64,000 nt of DNA from Flavobacteriales bacterium (GTDB lineage Bacteria > Bacteroidota > Bacteroidia > Flavobacteriales_C > GCA-002722245): assembly GCA_049430665.1 (NCBI GenBank), contig JBMTCG010000005.1, forward strand, positions 2,930 through 66,929, written 5' to 3'. Position numbers and translations under genes: made by a program. A model generated the notes under the pieces. That model ran no database searches. It was not told the DNA's origin and saw only the letters and a list, made by a program, of their open reading frames with translations. The first letter of the stretch is position 1. Each line of letters opens with the position of its first letter. This document shows, one piece after another, positions 29,247-39,248 of the stretch.

Positions 29247-31391
29247 ATGAAACTCCTCTTAATCACTCCGCCTTTCACGCAACTCAACACGCCTTACCCG
29301 GCCACTGCGTATTTGAAAGGTTTCTTGAACACACAAAAGATTAATTCTTTTCAGTGTGATTTAGGAATAGAAGTGATTTTGAAATTGTTCACCAAAGACG
29401 GATTACAAAAATTATTCGCGAAGGTTAAACCGAAAAATTTATCGGCTAACGCTTCGCGAATTTTTTATTTGCAAAACGAGTACATCAAAACCATCGATCA
29501 AGTGATTCTGTTTTTGCAGGAGAAAAATCCGGCTTTAGCACAATTGATTGCCGAAAGAAATTACTTACCCGAAGCTTCGCGCTTCAATCAGTTAGATGAT
29601 TTAGATTGGGCTTTTGGAACGATGGGTGTTAAAGACAAAGCCAAGCATTTGGCTACGCTTTATCTCGAAGATATCAGTGATTTAATTGTGGAGGCTATCG
29701 ACCCTCATTTCGGATTCAGTCGTTATGCTGAAAGGTTGGGTCGTTCTGCTGCTTCCTTCGATGAATTACACAGCGAATTGCAAAAAAAGAATACGTTTAT
29801 CGACGATATTTTAATTGAAATTTTAAAAGAAAAAATAGAGAATGAAGCGCCGACTTTAATTTGTTTTTCGGTTCCTTTTCCTGGTAATTTATACAGCGCT
29901 TTTAAGGCTGCGCAATGTATTAAGAAAAAACATTCCAACGTTAAAGTAGCGATGGGTGGCGGATTCCCAAACACCGAACTTCGTTCACTAAAAGACAAAA
30001 GAGTTTTTGAGTATTTCGATTTCATCACTTTAGATGATGGAGAAAGACCCATCATAAATCTCATAGAATATTTACAAAACAAACGTTCTGCTGACGCATT
30101 GAAAAGAACTTTTTTGTTGCAAAATGGAGAAGTGAAATACATCGATGGCGCGAAAGAAAAAGATTTTACGCAAGCAGAAACCGGCACGCCCGATTACCGC
30201 GATTTGTTGTTGGATAAATATATTTCGGTAATAGAAATAGCCAATCCTATGCATCGTTTGTGGAGCGACGGACGATGGAATAAACTCACTTTGGCGCATG
30301 GTTGTTATTGGGGGAAATGCACCTTTTGTGATATCACGCTCGACTACATCAAAAACTATGAACCTTCATCGGCTAAATTGATTGTAGATAGAATTGAAGA
30401 AGTAATTGCGCAAACCCATCACAACGGATTTCACTTTGTAGATGAAGCAGCGCCACCGGCATTGATGCGTGAAGTGGCTTTAGAAATCATTAGAAGAAAT
30501 TTAACGGTGGTATGGTGGACCAATATTCGTTTTGAAAAATCATTTACCAAAGATCTGTGTTTGTTGTTGGCTGCGTCGGGATGTATTGCAGTATCAGGGG
30601 GATTGGAAGTAGCATCGGAAAGATTATTGGCTTTAATCAACAAAGGCGTTACACTTCCACAAGTGGCTAATGTTACCAATAATTTTACGAACTCGGGCAT
30701 TATGGTGCATGCTTATTTGATGTACGGATTTCCTACGCAAACAGCGCAGGAAACCATAGATGCCTTGGAAGTTGTTCGTCAGCTTTTTGAAAACGGAATT
30801 GTGCAAAGTGCTTACTGGCATCAGTTCGCGATGACGGCTCATAGTCCGGTAGGGATAAATCCCAAAGAATTTAAAGTAGAAACAGCCACAAAAGAATTGG
30901 GTTCTTTTGCCAACAACGATATGATTTGCATTGATAAAGTAGGCGCAGAACATGAAAAATTTAGCGATGGTTTGAAGAAATCGTTGTTCAATTATATGCA
31001 TGGCATTTGTTTCGATTTCGATTTGCAAGAGTGGTTTGAATTTAAAGTGCCTAAAACCAAAATGGCACCTAATTTTATTCATCAGGCGATAAAGCAAGGC
31101 GAAGGATGTAAACTTAAAGGCAACACACGCATCGTTTGGAAAGGCAATGCTATTCAAACAAAACCTTCTGCTAAAAAAGGGAAAGTAGAAATGATTGTTT
31201 CGGGTAGGAGAGAAGAGGTTTCTTTTGTTTGTACTCAAAAACTAGCCGATCAAATTTCTGCTTTCACTTCGAAAATAAATATCTCTCATTATAAGGTTTA
31301 TCAATATTCAGAATTAGAGAAAGAATTTGCGGAAGTATTTGATTCTGCAGAGCTGTATATTTTGAGGGAGAATGGATTGTTGTATTTGTAA
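29247..31391 (+). CDS. B12-binding-domain / radical SAM protein with a non-canonical Cx4Cx2C cluster motif
   Basis: N-terminus MKLLLITPPFTQLNTPYPATAYLKGFL is typical of B12-binding radical SAM enzymes. AHGCYWGKCTFCDI is the likely cluster-binding loop. 714 aa. Confidence 0.6.
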   Translation: MKLLLITPPFTQLNTPYPATAYLKGFLNTQKINSFQCDLGIEVILKLFTKDGLQKLFAKVKPKNLSANASRIFYLQNEYIKTIDQVILFLQEKNPALAQLIAERNYLPEASRFNQLDDLDWAFGTMGVKDKAKHLATLYLEDISDLIVEAIDPHFGFSRYAERLGRSAASFDELHSELQKKNTFIDDILIEILKEKIENEAPTLICFSVPFPGNLYSAFKAAQCIKKKHSNVKVAMGGGFPNTELRSLKDKRVFEYFDFITLDDGERPIINLIEYLQNKRSADALKRTFLLQNGEVKYIDGAKEKDFTQAETGTPDYRDLLLDKYISVIEIANPMHRLWSDGRWNKLTLAHGCYWGKCTFCDITLDYIKNYEPSSAKLIVDRIEEVIAQTHHNGFHFVDEAAPPALMREVALEIIRRNLTVVWWTNIRFEKSFTKDLCLLLAASGCIAVSGGLEVASERLLALINKGVTLPQVANVTNNFTNSGIMVHAYLMYGFPTQTAQETIDALEVVRQLFENGIVQSAYWHQFAMTAHSPVGINPKEFKVETATKELGSFANNDMICIDKVGAEHEKFSDGLKKSLFNYMHGICFDFDLQEWFEFKVPKTKMAPNFIHQAIKQGEGCKLKGNTRIVWKGNAIQTKPSAKKGKVEMIVSGRREEVSFVCTQKLADQISAFTSKINISHYKVYQYSELEKEFAEVFDSAELYILRENGLLYL

Positions 31392-31452
31392 AGCTGTGAG
31401 CCAAAAATTCCCCTAAAGATTTCGCTGATTTTCGTAGATCTACATCAAATAA

Positions 31453-33321
31453 CTACGAAGATTTATAAGGCACTTCATGATACGTCTTCACATGCGGCCC
31501 CATAAATATTCTACCGTAAATTCTAATAATAGCCAATCCATCGGTAATGAAACTCATGGAAATAAAAATGGCTAAACCGATTTGATTTTCATGAATATGA
31601 CTAAAAATTAAATCTTCGCCAATAAAGGTTGGGGTAATGGGAAATCCAGTGAGCGCCAAGCATGCAATTAAAAATAGTAGAGCAATTTTAGGGTGCTCAT
31701 ATGAGTGTCCGTTAAAGCGATTCAAATCTAAACTACTTTCAAATTTTCTCAATCGTGCCAAACATAAATAGCCTATTGTTCCGCCAATTACAATTCCACT
31801 CAAGTACAAAATGGTGTGATCGTAAGTAAAGTGTTCGTTGAATGAAACAGCTAAGGCAATCCAAAAATGATTCATGATGATTAGTAACCAACTCATCATA
31901 ACATCGGTTCTTTCAACAAAAGCTTTTGTTACCATTAACAAACCAATAATGGCAAAAGAAGAAGGTAAATACTGATGCACAATTGGAGGAATTAAATCTT
32001 CATTGAACAAACAATATGCACCAATCAAATAGGTTGGAACAAAGAAAATCAAAACTTGTTTTACCGAAATGAAGCCTAAATAATTGCCAACGCGGTGCAT
32101 AGGACTCCATACCAAACGATGCATGATGTTGTCTAAATTCCACTCTTTCAAACTCAACAAATAAACAGAGTATTCTATTCTTTTCGGCCAAGTATCTTCA
32201 ATAGTTAAGGCACGTGGCGTGAAGTTGTAGAATTGTTCCTTTATCAAGTAGCTTACTACCGATGGAGAAACCAACAATTGGTAAGTTCTTAAAAAAGCAT
32301 TTCCTGCGAAGTGAATCAAGGCTAAGTCTTCCCATCCTAAAGATATCTCGATGAAGATTAATCCGATTTGAGCGATAGATGAATAAGCAATCTGACTCTT
32401 CACCGACGATTGCACACGAGCAATTAGTGTAGCGATAATGCTGGTGCTTAATCCCAAAACAGCAATGATTATTCTAACCGAAGTTTGGTGCTCCCAAAAA
32501 GGAAAAGTACGTAGTAATAAAAATGCGCCAATATGCACCGAAAGAGAGCCATAGAAGATGGCGCTAGAAGGAGTAGGGCCTTCCATTGCTCTAGGCAGCC
32601 ATGAAGAAAAAGGAAGCTGTGCCGACTTAGCTGCTGCAGAAACCAAAATCATTAAGGAAATAAAAATACCAATGAAACTGTGTGTTTCTAAATGTGAGTT
32701 CACAAACACTTCGTTCTGCAATTGAAAGAATGTAATGTTGCCATGAAATAGATGATGCGCCATCCACATCGCCAAAATAATTCCTACATCGCCCACGCGG
32801 TAAATTGAGAATACTTTAATGGCATTTTTAACTGGTAGATAACGATCGCGATAGAACGCAATCAACAAGAAAGAAGAAATACCTAAAATCTCCCAACCAA
32901 TAAAAAGTGTTTCTAAATTACCCGAAAAAATAGTGATGTTGTAGCCAATAAAGAAAAACTGAATGGTTAAGAAAAAACGCTTGTAGCCCGATTCTCGATG
33001 TAAATAGTAACGACAATATGTGGTTACCAAAAAGGTGAGAACTGAGCCCACTAAAAGATAAACAGCGGTGATTTTATCGAAACAAAAATCAACGAAAAAT
33101 TCGTAGTGTTCGCTGCTTATAATGGTTAGTATTTTATGGTCGCTGGCGAGGTGCCCATGCCACAACCAATTGCCTACAAAAACTAAGGCAAACAACATTT
33201 GCACACCAACTGCAAAAAAAGCAACGCGTGATATTACACCTTCTTTTTTGCCTGGCACCCAAAAGGTAAGTACGAAACCTGCTAGAGGAATCAATACAAA
33301 TAAATAAAGATAATTTTCCAT
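31453..33321 (-). CDS. dabB: DabB/MpsA-like proton-conducting membrane subunit (NuoL/MrpD family)
   Basis: 622 aa with about 14 TM helices. Conserved NuoL/ND5 core LFIGWEILGISSFLLIAF, SSIAQIGLIF. Sits directly downstream of the DUF2309 gene. Confidence 0.75.
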   Translation of the reverse strand: MENYLYLFVLIPLAGFVLTFWVPGKKEGVISRVAFFAVGVQMLFALVFVGNWLWHGHLASDHKILTIISSEHYEFFVDFCFDKITAVYLLVGSVLTFLVTTYCRYYLHRESGYKRFFLTIQFFFIGYNITIFSGNLETLFIGWEILGISSFLLIAFYRDRYLPVKNAIKVFSIYRVGDVGIILAMWMAHHLFHGNITFFQLQNEVFVNSHLETHSFIGIFISLMILVSAAAKSAQLPFSSWLPRAMEGPTPSSAIFYGSLSVHIGAFLLLRTFPFWEHQTSVRIIIAVLGLSTSIIATLIARVQSSVKSQIAYSSIAQIGLIFIEISLGWEDLALIHFAGNAFLRTYQLLVSPSVVSYLIKEQFYNFTPRALTIEDTWPKRIEYSVYLLSLKEWNLDNIMHRLVWSPMHRVGNYLGFISVKQVLIFFVPTYLIGAYCLFNEDLIPPIVHQYLPSSFAIIGLLMVTKAFVERTDVMMSWLLIIMNHFWIALAVSFNEHFTYDHTILYLSGIVIGGTIGYLCLARLRKFESSLDLNRFNGHSYEHPKIALLFLIACLALTGFPITPTFIGEDLIFSHIHENQIGLAIFISMSFITDGLAIIRIYGRIFMGPHVKTYHEVPYKSS

Positions 33322-33327
33322 AGCCAG

Positions 33328-35820
33328 TTAGTTGATTAAGAATACAGGTAAATTTTCTGTGTGGTCTTCTAATACCGCCGAAAGATTTACTTTTTCTATT
33401 TTATTTTTTAAAGGTTTGTAAGGGGTGAAGTTTCCATTTTTAAAAACAGAAAATTCTCTTGTCTCTGGATTTACCGTTACCAAATGCACCCATTCGTTGA
33501 TGAACCATTCGTAGGTTTCGGGTGCTTTTTGAATGGTTTTTAAAACCACATCATTGAAGTGTTCTGCTATAATCATCAATCGAATTGGTTCGTGTACTTC
33601 TATCATCTGACTGGGTAAACCCGGACGCAAATCGCCATCAATTCCGTTGGCAACACCGAAGAGTCCCATTACGTTGTGTGGTAATTTTGTGCCTGCACCT
33701 AATTTTTGGTTATCAACTCTCGAGAAAAAATATTCTAAATTGATTCCTCCACATACGGGTGCAGCAGCCTTTAAAATATTGAACAAATAGGTTCCATCGG
33801 GGTCAACTTTATAATCGAAAGAGTTCATGAAAGAACGTCGGTCTAGAAACAAACCTTCGGTTAATTCTCTTCTTCCTACAATGCACAACGCATTGGTGGC
33901 ATGGTTCAATTCGGGCCTTGGTTCGAACAAAGAGACAGAGCGTATTAGAATTTGTTCGTGTATTTTTTCAGCAGAATTATGTGAGTCGATAGATTCAAAT
34001 CTTCGTGATCTTTCTTTTGCGTTTAAATCTAAAGCCTTCAAAAAATTACTGTGATTTTTGGCATGCTGAGCTGCATTTTCTGCGAACAATGTATCAACAT
34101 CGTAAAAAGCAATTTCATCACGCGTAGTGTCATGTAAGCCACCAATAAATTGAGTAGAAGCAGGTATAACAGTTCCCTTTTTTGCCAAGGCTTCACGCAC
34201 CTTAGCATGATTAAGCATAAACGACATTACTCGCGCATTTACCGAACCTGGTCTGCCGCAGCATGCACCACAATCGTAAGCGGCAAAATGTGGATTGTTT
34301 ACACTACTTGCTCCATGACCAATGATGTAAACGATGGGCGCAAAATCTTTTACCAAACCTATGCTTTTTAGCAGGCCCTCTGCTCTGGTTGTCATTTCCT
34401 CGATAGTGAAACCAATCTGCAAACCGTTTTCTATATCTTCTACATTTTTGTTTTCTATGGTTAGCTCAGAATTTTGGTCCATATGGCGAAAGGAATAAGC
34501 TGTTGCCGGACTCATAGAAGGCTTAAAAATATTCACGAATAATTTTACTGCTGCCCAAAATCCAATAGTTTGCGAGATGAACCAACCTTGTAGAAGTGAG
34601 TGCGATTTTTCGTTGAAATGAACTTCCTTTTTTCTTTTTAATGAACTTCCTACTTCTTTAATGAGGTATTTTGGGGTAACAGGTGCCGGACAAAGTTTAG
34701 TGTAAAACTTGCCATCTTCGGGCTGAAAGAAAAACTCAATGCTAAAAAATCCTGGCGTACCAAAAGTTTCACAATGGTTATCCATTTGCTCAATGTAGCG
34801 GCGAAAAGAACATTCTCTATCATCGATACAAAACATTGCTTGAAAACTTTTTCTGTCAGTTTTTTCCTTAGGTTTATCTTCTTTTATTCCTTCTAAAACC
34901 TCATCGTAGTAGCTCCATTCAAAAGCATCTTGCCACAAAGAAATTACTTCGTGCAATTCTGTGGTCTCCACTTCTGAAAATAAATCATTAGCAGTGTTTT
35001 TTACGCGAACATTTAGTGGAGCCCATGTTTTGCCAAACTTTGCATCTAAGGCATTGATCTCTAAAAGCAATTCGAAAATGATTATGTCGTGCAATGAAAT
35101 TTCTCTTCTGTCGAGCAAAGTTGATGGCAAATCTTCAATAGCAGAAACCATTCCCGACCATCCCTGATGGGCAAATTGTTGGTCGTACAAATACGTTTTG
35201 TACAGCGTTTCATCTCCCGTAATTAAATGCAAAAGTTCAGTGATGGTAGTCTTTTCTTCCAACAAGAGTTTTTTTGCTCTTGAGGTAGAAAAAAAGGAAG
35301 TAAAACTGTTTTGTTCTAATTCGCGCACCGATGCTAAAAATCCTTTTTGATGCACGGGGAAGTTCCAAATGGCAATTCCTTGATCGAGATAAGAACCAAG
35401 AGTTCTATAAAGAATAGGGTGCGTTAATGCATCCATATCAATATGATATTCCTCTTTCCAGTAGGCGCGCAATTTTCCTACACGAGGAGAAACAGAAATG
35501 TCGTAGTTTTTCCATAATAATTTTTCTGTCCATTCTGCGCTTGCATCTTTTCCTTTTTTATCTTCAATGGCTTTTAAAAGAATGTCTTTTCTTATTCTTC
35601 CCGAGCTGTACAATGAGCGATATTCGCTTAGTTGTAAAGACGTTTTATATCCAAAAATTGCAGATGCTCTTTTAAGTGCTTCATCAAATTTTAGATGCTG
35701 AAAAGCATGTAAAGTATTATGGTGAACAAAATCTTTAAGCGGTGCTTGCGCAGGCAAAAAGTGTTTTAGTTCATGTAAAACTTCATGCTCATCAAACGAA
35801 GTGCTATGTTGATTTTGCAT
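33328..35820 (-). CDS. dabA: DabA/MpsB-like protein (DUF2309), putative CO2-hydrating subunit of the DAB inorganic carbon accumulation complex
   Basis: About 830 aa, soluble, with a Cys/His-rich region (IGHGASSVNNPHFAAYDCGACCG). Size and pairing with a NuoL-like subunit match DUF2309/DabA. Start trimmed to the Met directly after the porin stop. Confidence 0.75.
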   Translation of the reverse strand: MQNQHSTSFDEHEVLHELKHFLPAQAPLKDFVHHNTLHAFQHLKFDEALKRASAIFGYKTSLQLSEYRSLYSSGRIRKDILLKAIEDKKGKDASAEWTEKLLWKNYDISVSPRVGKLRAYWKEEYHIDMDALTHPILYRTLGSYLDQGIAIWNFPVHQKGFLASVRELEQNSFTSFFSTSRAKKLLLEEKTTITELLHLITGDETLYKTYLYDQQFAHQGWSGMVSAIEDLPSTLLDRREISLHDIIIFELLLEINALDAKFGKTWAPLNVRVKNTANDLFSEVETTELHEVISLWQDAFEWSYYDEVLEGIKEDKPKEKTDRKSFQAMFCIDDRECSFRRYIEQMDNHCETFGTPGFFSIEFFFQPEDGKFYTKLCPAPVTPKYLIKEVGSSLKRKKEVHFNEKSHSLLQGWFISQTIGFWAAVKLFVNIFKPSMSPATAYSFRHMDQNSELTIENKNVEDIENGLQIGFTIEEMTTRAEGLLKSIGLVKDFAPIVYIIGHGASSVNNPHFAAYDCGACCGRPGSVNARVMSFMLNHAKVREALAKKGTVIPASTQFIGGLHDTTRDEIAFYDVDTLFAENAAQHAKNHSNFLKALDLNAKERSRRFESIDSHNSAEKIHEQILIRSVSLFEPRPELNHATNALCIVGRRELTEGLFLDRRSFMNSFDYKVDPDGTYLFNILKAAAPVCGGINLEYFFSRVDNQKLGAGTKLPHNVMGLFGVANGIDGDLRPGLPSQMIEVHEPIRLMIIAEHFNDVVLKTIQKAPETYEWFINEWVHLVTVNPETREFSVFKNGNFTPYKPLKNKIEKVNLSAVLEDHTENLPVFLIN

Positions 35821-35821
35821 A

Positions 35822-37141
35822 CTAAATTGAAATTTGATATTGTAAAACAAACATGCCTTTTCTGTCAGTATTTTTTACATCTCCGTTGGGTTGAGAGGTG
35901 TAAACCGGACGATTTTGATAGATGAAGCTCAATTTGTTGTTCTTGTGGAAATATAAGTTTGCTCCAGCTTCATACATCAACATTGCGTCGGTTAGTCTCT
36001 CGTATGCTGCATATTGTAGGGCACCCACCACTTGAAGTTTTTGCTTTTCCTTCAGTAGTTTTTTAGGAAATAAGTATCCCGCCTGAGCATAATAAATATT
36101 TCCTGTTCCAATCATTGGAAAAGCATTTCCAGCACCATTAAAATTAACAGCAGAACTGCTTAGACCATTTGCAGGATTCATCACACCCGTATTTTTGATG
36201 TAGGCTCTTCCCATATCCAAATGATGAAAAGCAGCATAGAAAGTAAAAGCATCACCGCGTTCTTTATTGACAGGAGTGTCGTAAAAAACATCGGCAGCGA
36301 AAGCAGTGAGAGCAGATGTGGTGGTGTCGCCATTGTTATTCAATTGCCACATGGCTTGCGCTTGATTGATAAAACCTGCGCCAATATTAAACACTTTTTT
36401 AGTGCCCAAGTAAGTGCCTACTGTATAGGGAATAGTGTTGTCTTCTTTGTCGAAAAATTGATACATCAAATAAGCTTGATACTGCAATTGCGAAGGTCGC
36501 AAGGAGAAATCGCTATGTGTTTTTGAAATCGCTTTTGGTGCGTTTGGCGCATTAGAAACATCGAATGGTTTGGCTACTGCAATGCGATAATCCAATCCGC
36601 CCAATTTACCTTTTGCATACACACTTAGTTTGCGTAAAAATTGGTCGTTAACACCGTTGGTGATTTGCTGATAGATGGGTGCATCTAAAGTTAGGGTTGT
36701 TCCAATGCTAGGCGAGGCATATCGCGAAAGTCCCGACCAGCCAGTTAATCCTGCGCCAATTGAACAATGTTGTTTTGCTACTTTATACTCACCAACTACA
36801 TCGTGAAAGAAAGCCGCAGCATATTGTTTGTTTAAAGACAAGTAGCTAAAATTGTTCATTCCAAATTGAGTATAGAAAAAAACGTGGTCGCTCACTTGTC
36901 CGTAAAATTGTGCGCGTGTTCTTCTCAATCCAATATCAAACATGTCGTCAACACTTCTACCGTTTACCAAAGAACCAGGATTCATTTGTGTGTATCTTAA
37001 CCAAGCCTGATTTAAAAAGGTGGCTTTCAAATAATGAGAACCATCTTCAGTAAGATTGAATTTTATTTGTCCGTTCAAATTGGGCTGAGCCTTTAGGCAT
37101 GCAGCAACCAATAACATCATAACGATGAATTTAATTTTCAT
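35822..37141 (-). CDS. outer-membrane beta-barrel porin (phosphate/anion-selective porin O/P-like)
   Basis: Signal peptide and alternating amphipathic beta-strand pattern. C-terminus ...MFVLQYQISI. Confidence 0.6.
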   Translation of the reverse strand: MKIKFIVMMLLVAACLKAQPNLNGQIKFNLTEDGSHYLKATFLNQAWLRYTQMNPGSLVNGRSVDDMFDIGLRRTRAQFYGQVSDHVFFYTQFGMNNFSYLSLNKQYAAAFFHDVVGEYKVAKQHCSIGAGLTGWSGLSRYASPSIGTTLTLDAPIYQQITNGVNDQFLRKLSVYAKGKLGGLDYRIAVAKPFDVSNAPNAPKAISKTHSDFSLRPSQLQYQAYLMYQFFDKEDNTIPYTVGTYLGTKKVFNIGAGFINQAQAMWQLNNNGDTTTSALTAFAADVFYDTPVNKERGDAFTFYAAFHHLDMGRAYIKNTGVMNPANGLSSSAVNFNGAGNAFPMIGTGNIYYAQAGYLFPKKLLKEKQKLQVVGALQYAAYERLTDAMLMYEAGANLYFHKNNKLSFIYQNRPVYTSQPNGDVKNTDRKGMFVLQYQISI

Positions 37142-37160
37142 GGGTAATTATTTTAAAAAA

Positions 37161-38798
37161 TTACTTTACTAATTTTTTTGTCGATAAAGCATCGTGCGAT
37201 AGCGATTTGTGATTATTCAAACCTATGATAGATAATTTTCCTCCATCGGCATTGTACTCTTTCATAAATTGCGATACATTTTTCATTACAGTATGATCTA
37301 CCAAAGTGCAATTAGAAAAATCTATTTCCACATGTTGTTTGGCAGGTAGTTTAGCCAATCCTTTTTTCAAACCAAGGAAGTTGGTGAATACGGCTGAATT
37401 ATTTACCGTCATTAAATAATTGCCTTCAGATTTCACCACAATTTGGTAGTTGCTTTTGAATGAATTTTTCATAGGCATGCCATTCAAAAGATGGATTATA
37501 AATTTCAAAAGAATACCGGCCGCAATACCTATCAATAAATCTTCAACAATGGTGAAAAAAATGGTGGTGATAAAAATGGCTAACTGCTCTTTTCCTAAAT
37601 GGTAGGTATGAAAAAACTCTCGCGGATGCGCCAATTTAAATCCCACAAAAATTAAAAGCGAAGACAAAGCAACAACAGGAATCATTTTGATAACTGGCAC
37701 TAACAGAACCACGCAAACCAACAATACAGCACCGTGAAAGAAATTGGCCCATCTTGTTTTTCCGCCGTTGTGAATGTTGGCAGAACTTCTTGCAACTTCT
37801 GATATCATGGGCAAACCGCCCAATAAACCCGAAACAGTATTTCCAATACCAACTGCAACAACATCTTTGCTTAAATGCGATCTTCTTTTGTAAGGATCAA
37901 GCAAGTCGATGGCTTTGCCTGTAAGCAAAGATTCTAAAGTTCCAACCAAAGCAAACATCAATAGATATTTCAAGAAAATGGGAAATAATTCTGGATTGGT
38001 GATGGCGCTAAAATCAACATTAAAATTCAATTGAAAATCACCTGGGTTTACCAAAGGATTTAGGTTTTTGAATTCTTCACCTTCTAAATGAAAAGCTTTT
38101 TCTAAGATGATGGCTACTACAATCACCACCAAAGCAGCAGGTATTTTTTTTACCACAGGGTGTTTGATGAGTGGCATTCCAAAAAGAATAACTAAACTCA
38201 CAATGCCTATGGTAGCAATATATGCGTTGAGGTGTATTAAACTTTCGGGAATCATCATAATGAGTTCTAATGGACTCTTTCCTTTCAATAATTTAGGTGC
38301 TACACCCAAAGCAAAATGCAGTTGTTTGGCCATGATTAAAATTCCAATAGCTGCTAGCATTCCGTGAACTGCAGCCAAGGGAAAGAAATCGGCAAAACGC
38401 GCGACTTTTAGGAGTCCGAAAACAATTTGTACTACACCAGCAGCAAAAACAACAGCCAAGGCTAGTTTCCAGCCTAAATCGGCGTCGCCTCGGCCCAATT
38501 CTTCAACTGCAGAGGCAACGATAACGATTAATCCGGCAGCCGGACCTTTAATCGTCAATTCAGAACCTGCGAAAAACGAAACGATTAATCCGCCTACAAT
38601 AGCGGTTAAAACGCCCATAACAGGAGGGAATCCGCTGGCTGAGGCAATTCCTAAGGAGAGAGGTAAAGCAATTAATGCTACTAGAATTCCTGATGTTAAA
38701 TCGGTTTTCCAGTTTTCTTTAAATCCGGCAAATCCGGTTTTTGGCATACTTAACTTATTCATAATAAAGTTCTTTTGTGTTTTGAAAAAAATAGACAA
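37161..38798 (-). CDS. SulP-family anion transporter with C-terminal STAS domain (BicA-like candidate bicarbonate transporter)
   Basis: SulP N-terminus DLTSGILVALIALPLSLGIASASGFPPVMGVLTAIVGG. About 11 TM helices. STAS domain at the C-terminus. Confidence 0.85.
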   Translation of the reverse strand: MSIFFKTQKNFIMNKLSMPKTGFAGFKENWKTDLTSGILVALIALPLSLGIASASGFPPVMGVLTAIVGGLIVSFFAGSELTIKGPAAGLIVIVASAVEELGRGDADLGWKLALAVVFAAGVVQIVFGLLKVARFADFFPLAAVHGMLAAIGILIMAKQLHFALGVAPKLLKGKSPLELIMMIPESLIHLNAYIATIGIVSLVILFGMPLIKHPVVKKIPAALVVIVVAIILEKAFHLEGEEFKNLNPLVNPGDFQLNFNVDFSAITNPELFPIFLKYLLMFALVGTLESLLTGKAIDLLDPYKRRSHLSKDVVAVGIGNTVSGLLGGLPMISEVARSSANIHNGGKTRWANFFHGAVLLVCVVLLVPVIKMIPVVALSSLLIFVGFKLAHPREFFHTYHLGKEQLAIFITTIFFTIVEDLLIGIAAGILLKFIIHLLNGMPMKNSFKSNYQIVVKSEGNYLMTVNNSAVFTNFLGLKKGLAKLPAKQHVEIDFSNCTLVDHTVMKNVSQFMKEYNADGGKLSIIGLNNHKSLSHDALSTKKLVK

Positions 38799-38846
38799 GG
38801 AGATTGGGACGACATGAAATGCCGACCTACAAAGAGAACTTATGAT

Positions 38847-39248
38847 TTAAATGAGGAAAGTACAGTTCTTGATAAATACAGGCGTGCTGTATAATGAAGA
38901 ATTGAAATTGGAATTTGTAAGTAATAAATTATTGCTTTCTTGAGAATGCAGATACGAAGTGTAAAAAGCGAAGATTAGGGGTAGATGGTAATCTAAGGAA
39001 TGATCTTCCCTTTCATTTTCTTCTACCTCTTCTACTTCGCCAAGAAATGCACCAGTATTAAGATCGTTTTTGTCGCTAGTTACTTTTGATTGTTTTTGAC
39101 TTGAGTTGGTTGAAGAAACAACTGCACTTTCATTTTGCAAACAAAATACGTGAGAGGAGAAGGTAAAGGTAAATAGTAAAAAGAGGCTTAGGCCTAATAA
39201 TGAAAAACTAATATTTGATTTGCTCTTTCTCATTACTGTTTTTTCCAT
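38847..39248 (-). CDS. small low-complexity exported protein (hypothetical)
   Basis: 133-aa ORF with one hydrophobic segment. Ser/Asn-rich. Overlaps the ABC gene end by 16 nt. Weak. Confidence 0.3.
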   Translation of the reverse strand: MEKTVMRKSKSNISFSLLGLSLFLLFTFTFSSHVFCLQNESAVVSSTNSSQKQSKVTSDKNDLNTGAFLGEVEEVEENEREDHSLDYHLPLIFAFYTSYLHSQESNNLLLTNSNFNSSLYSTPVFIKNCTFLI

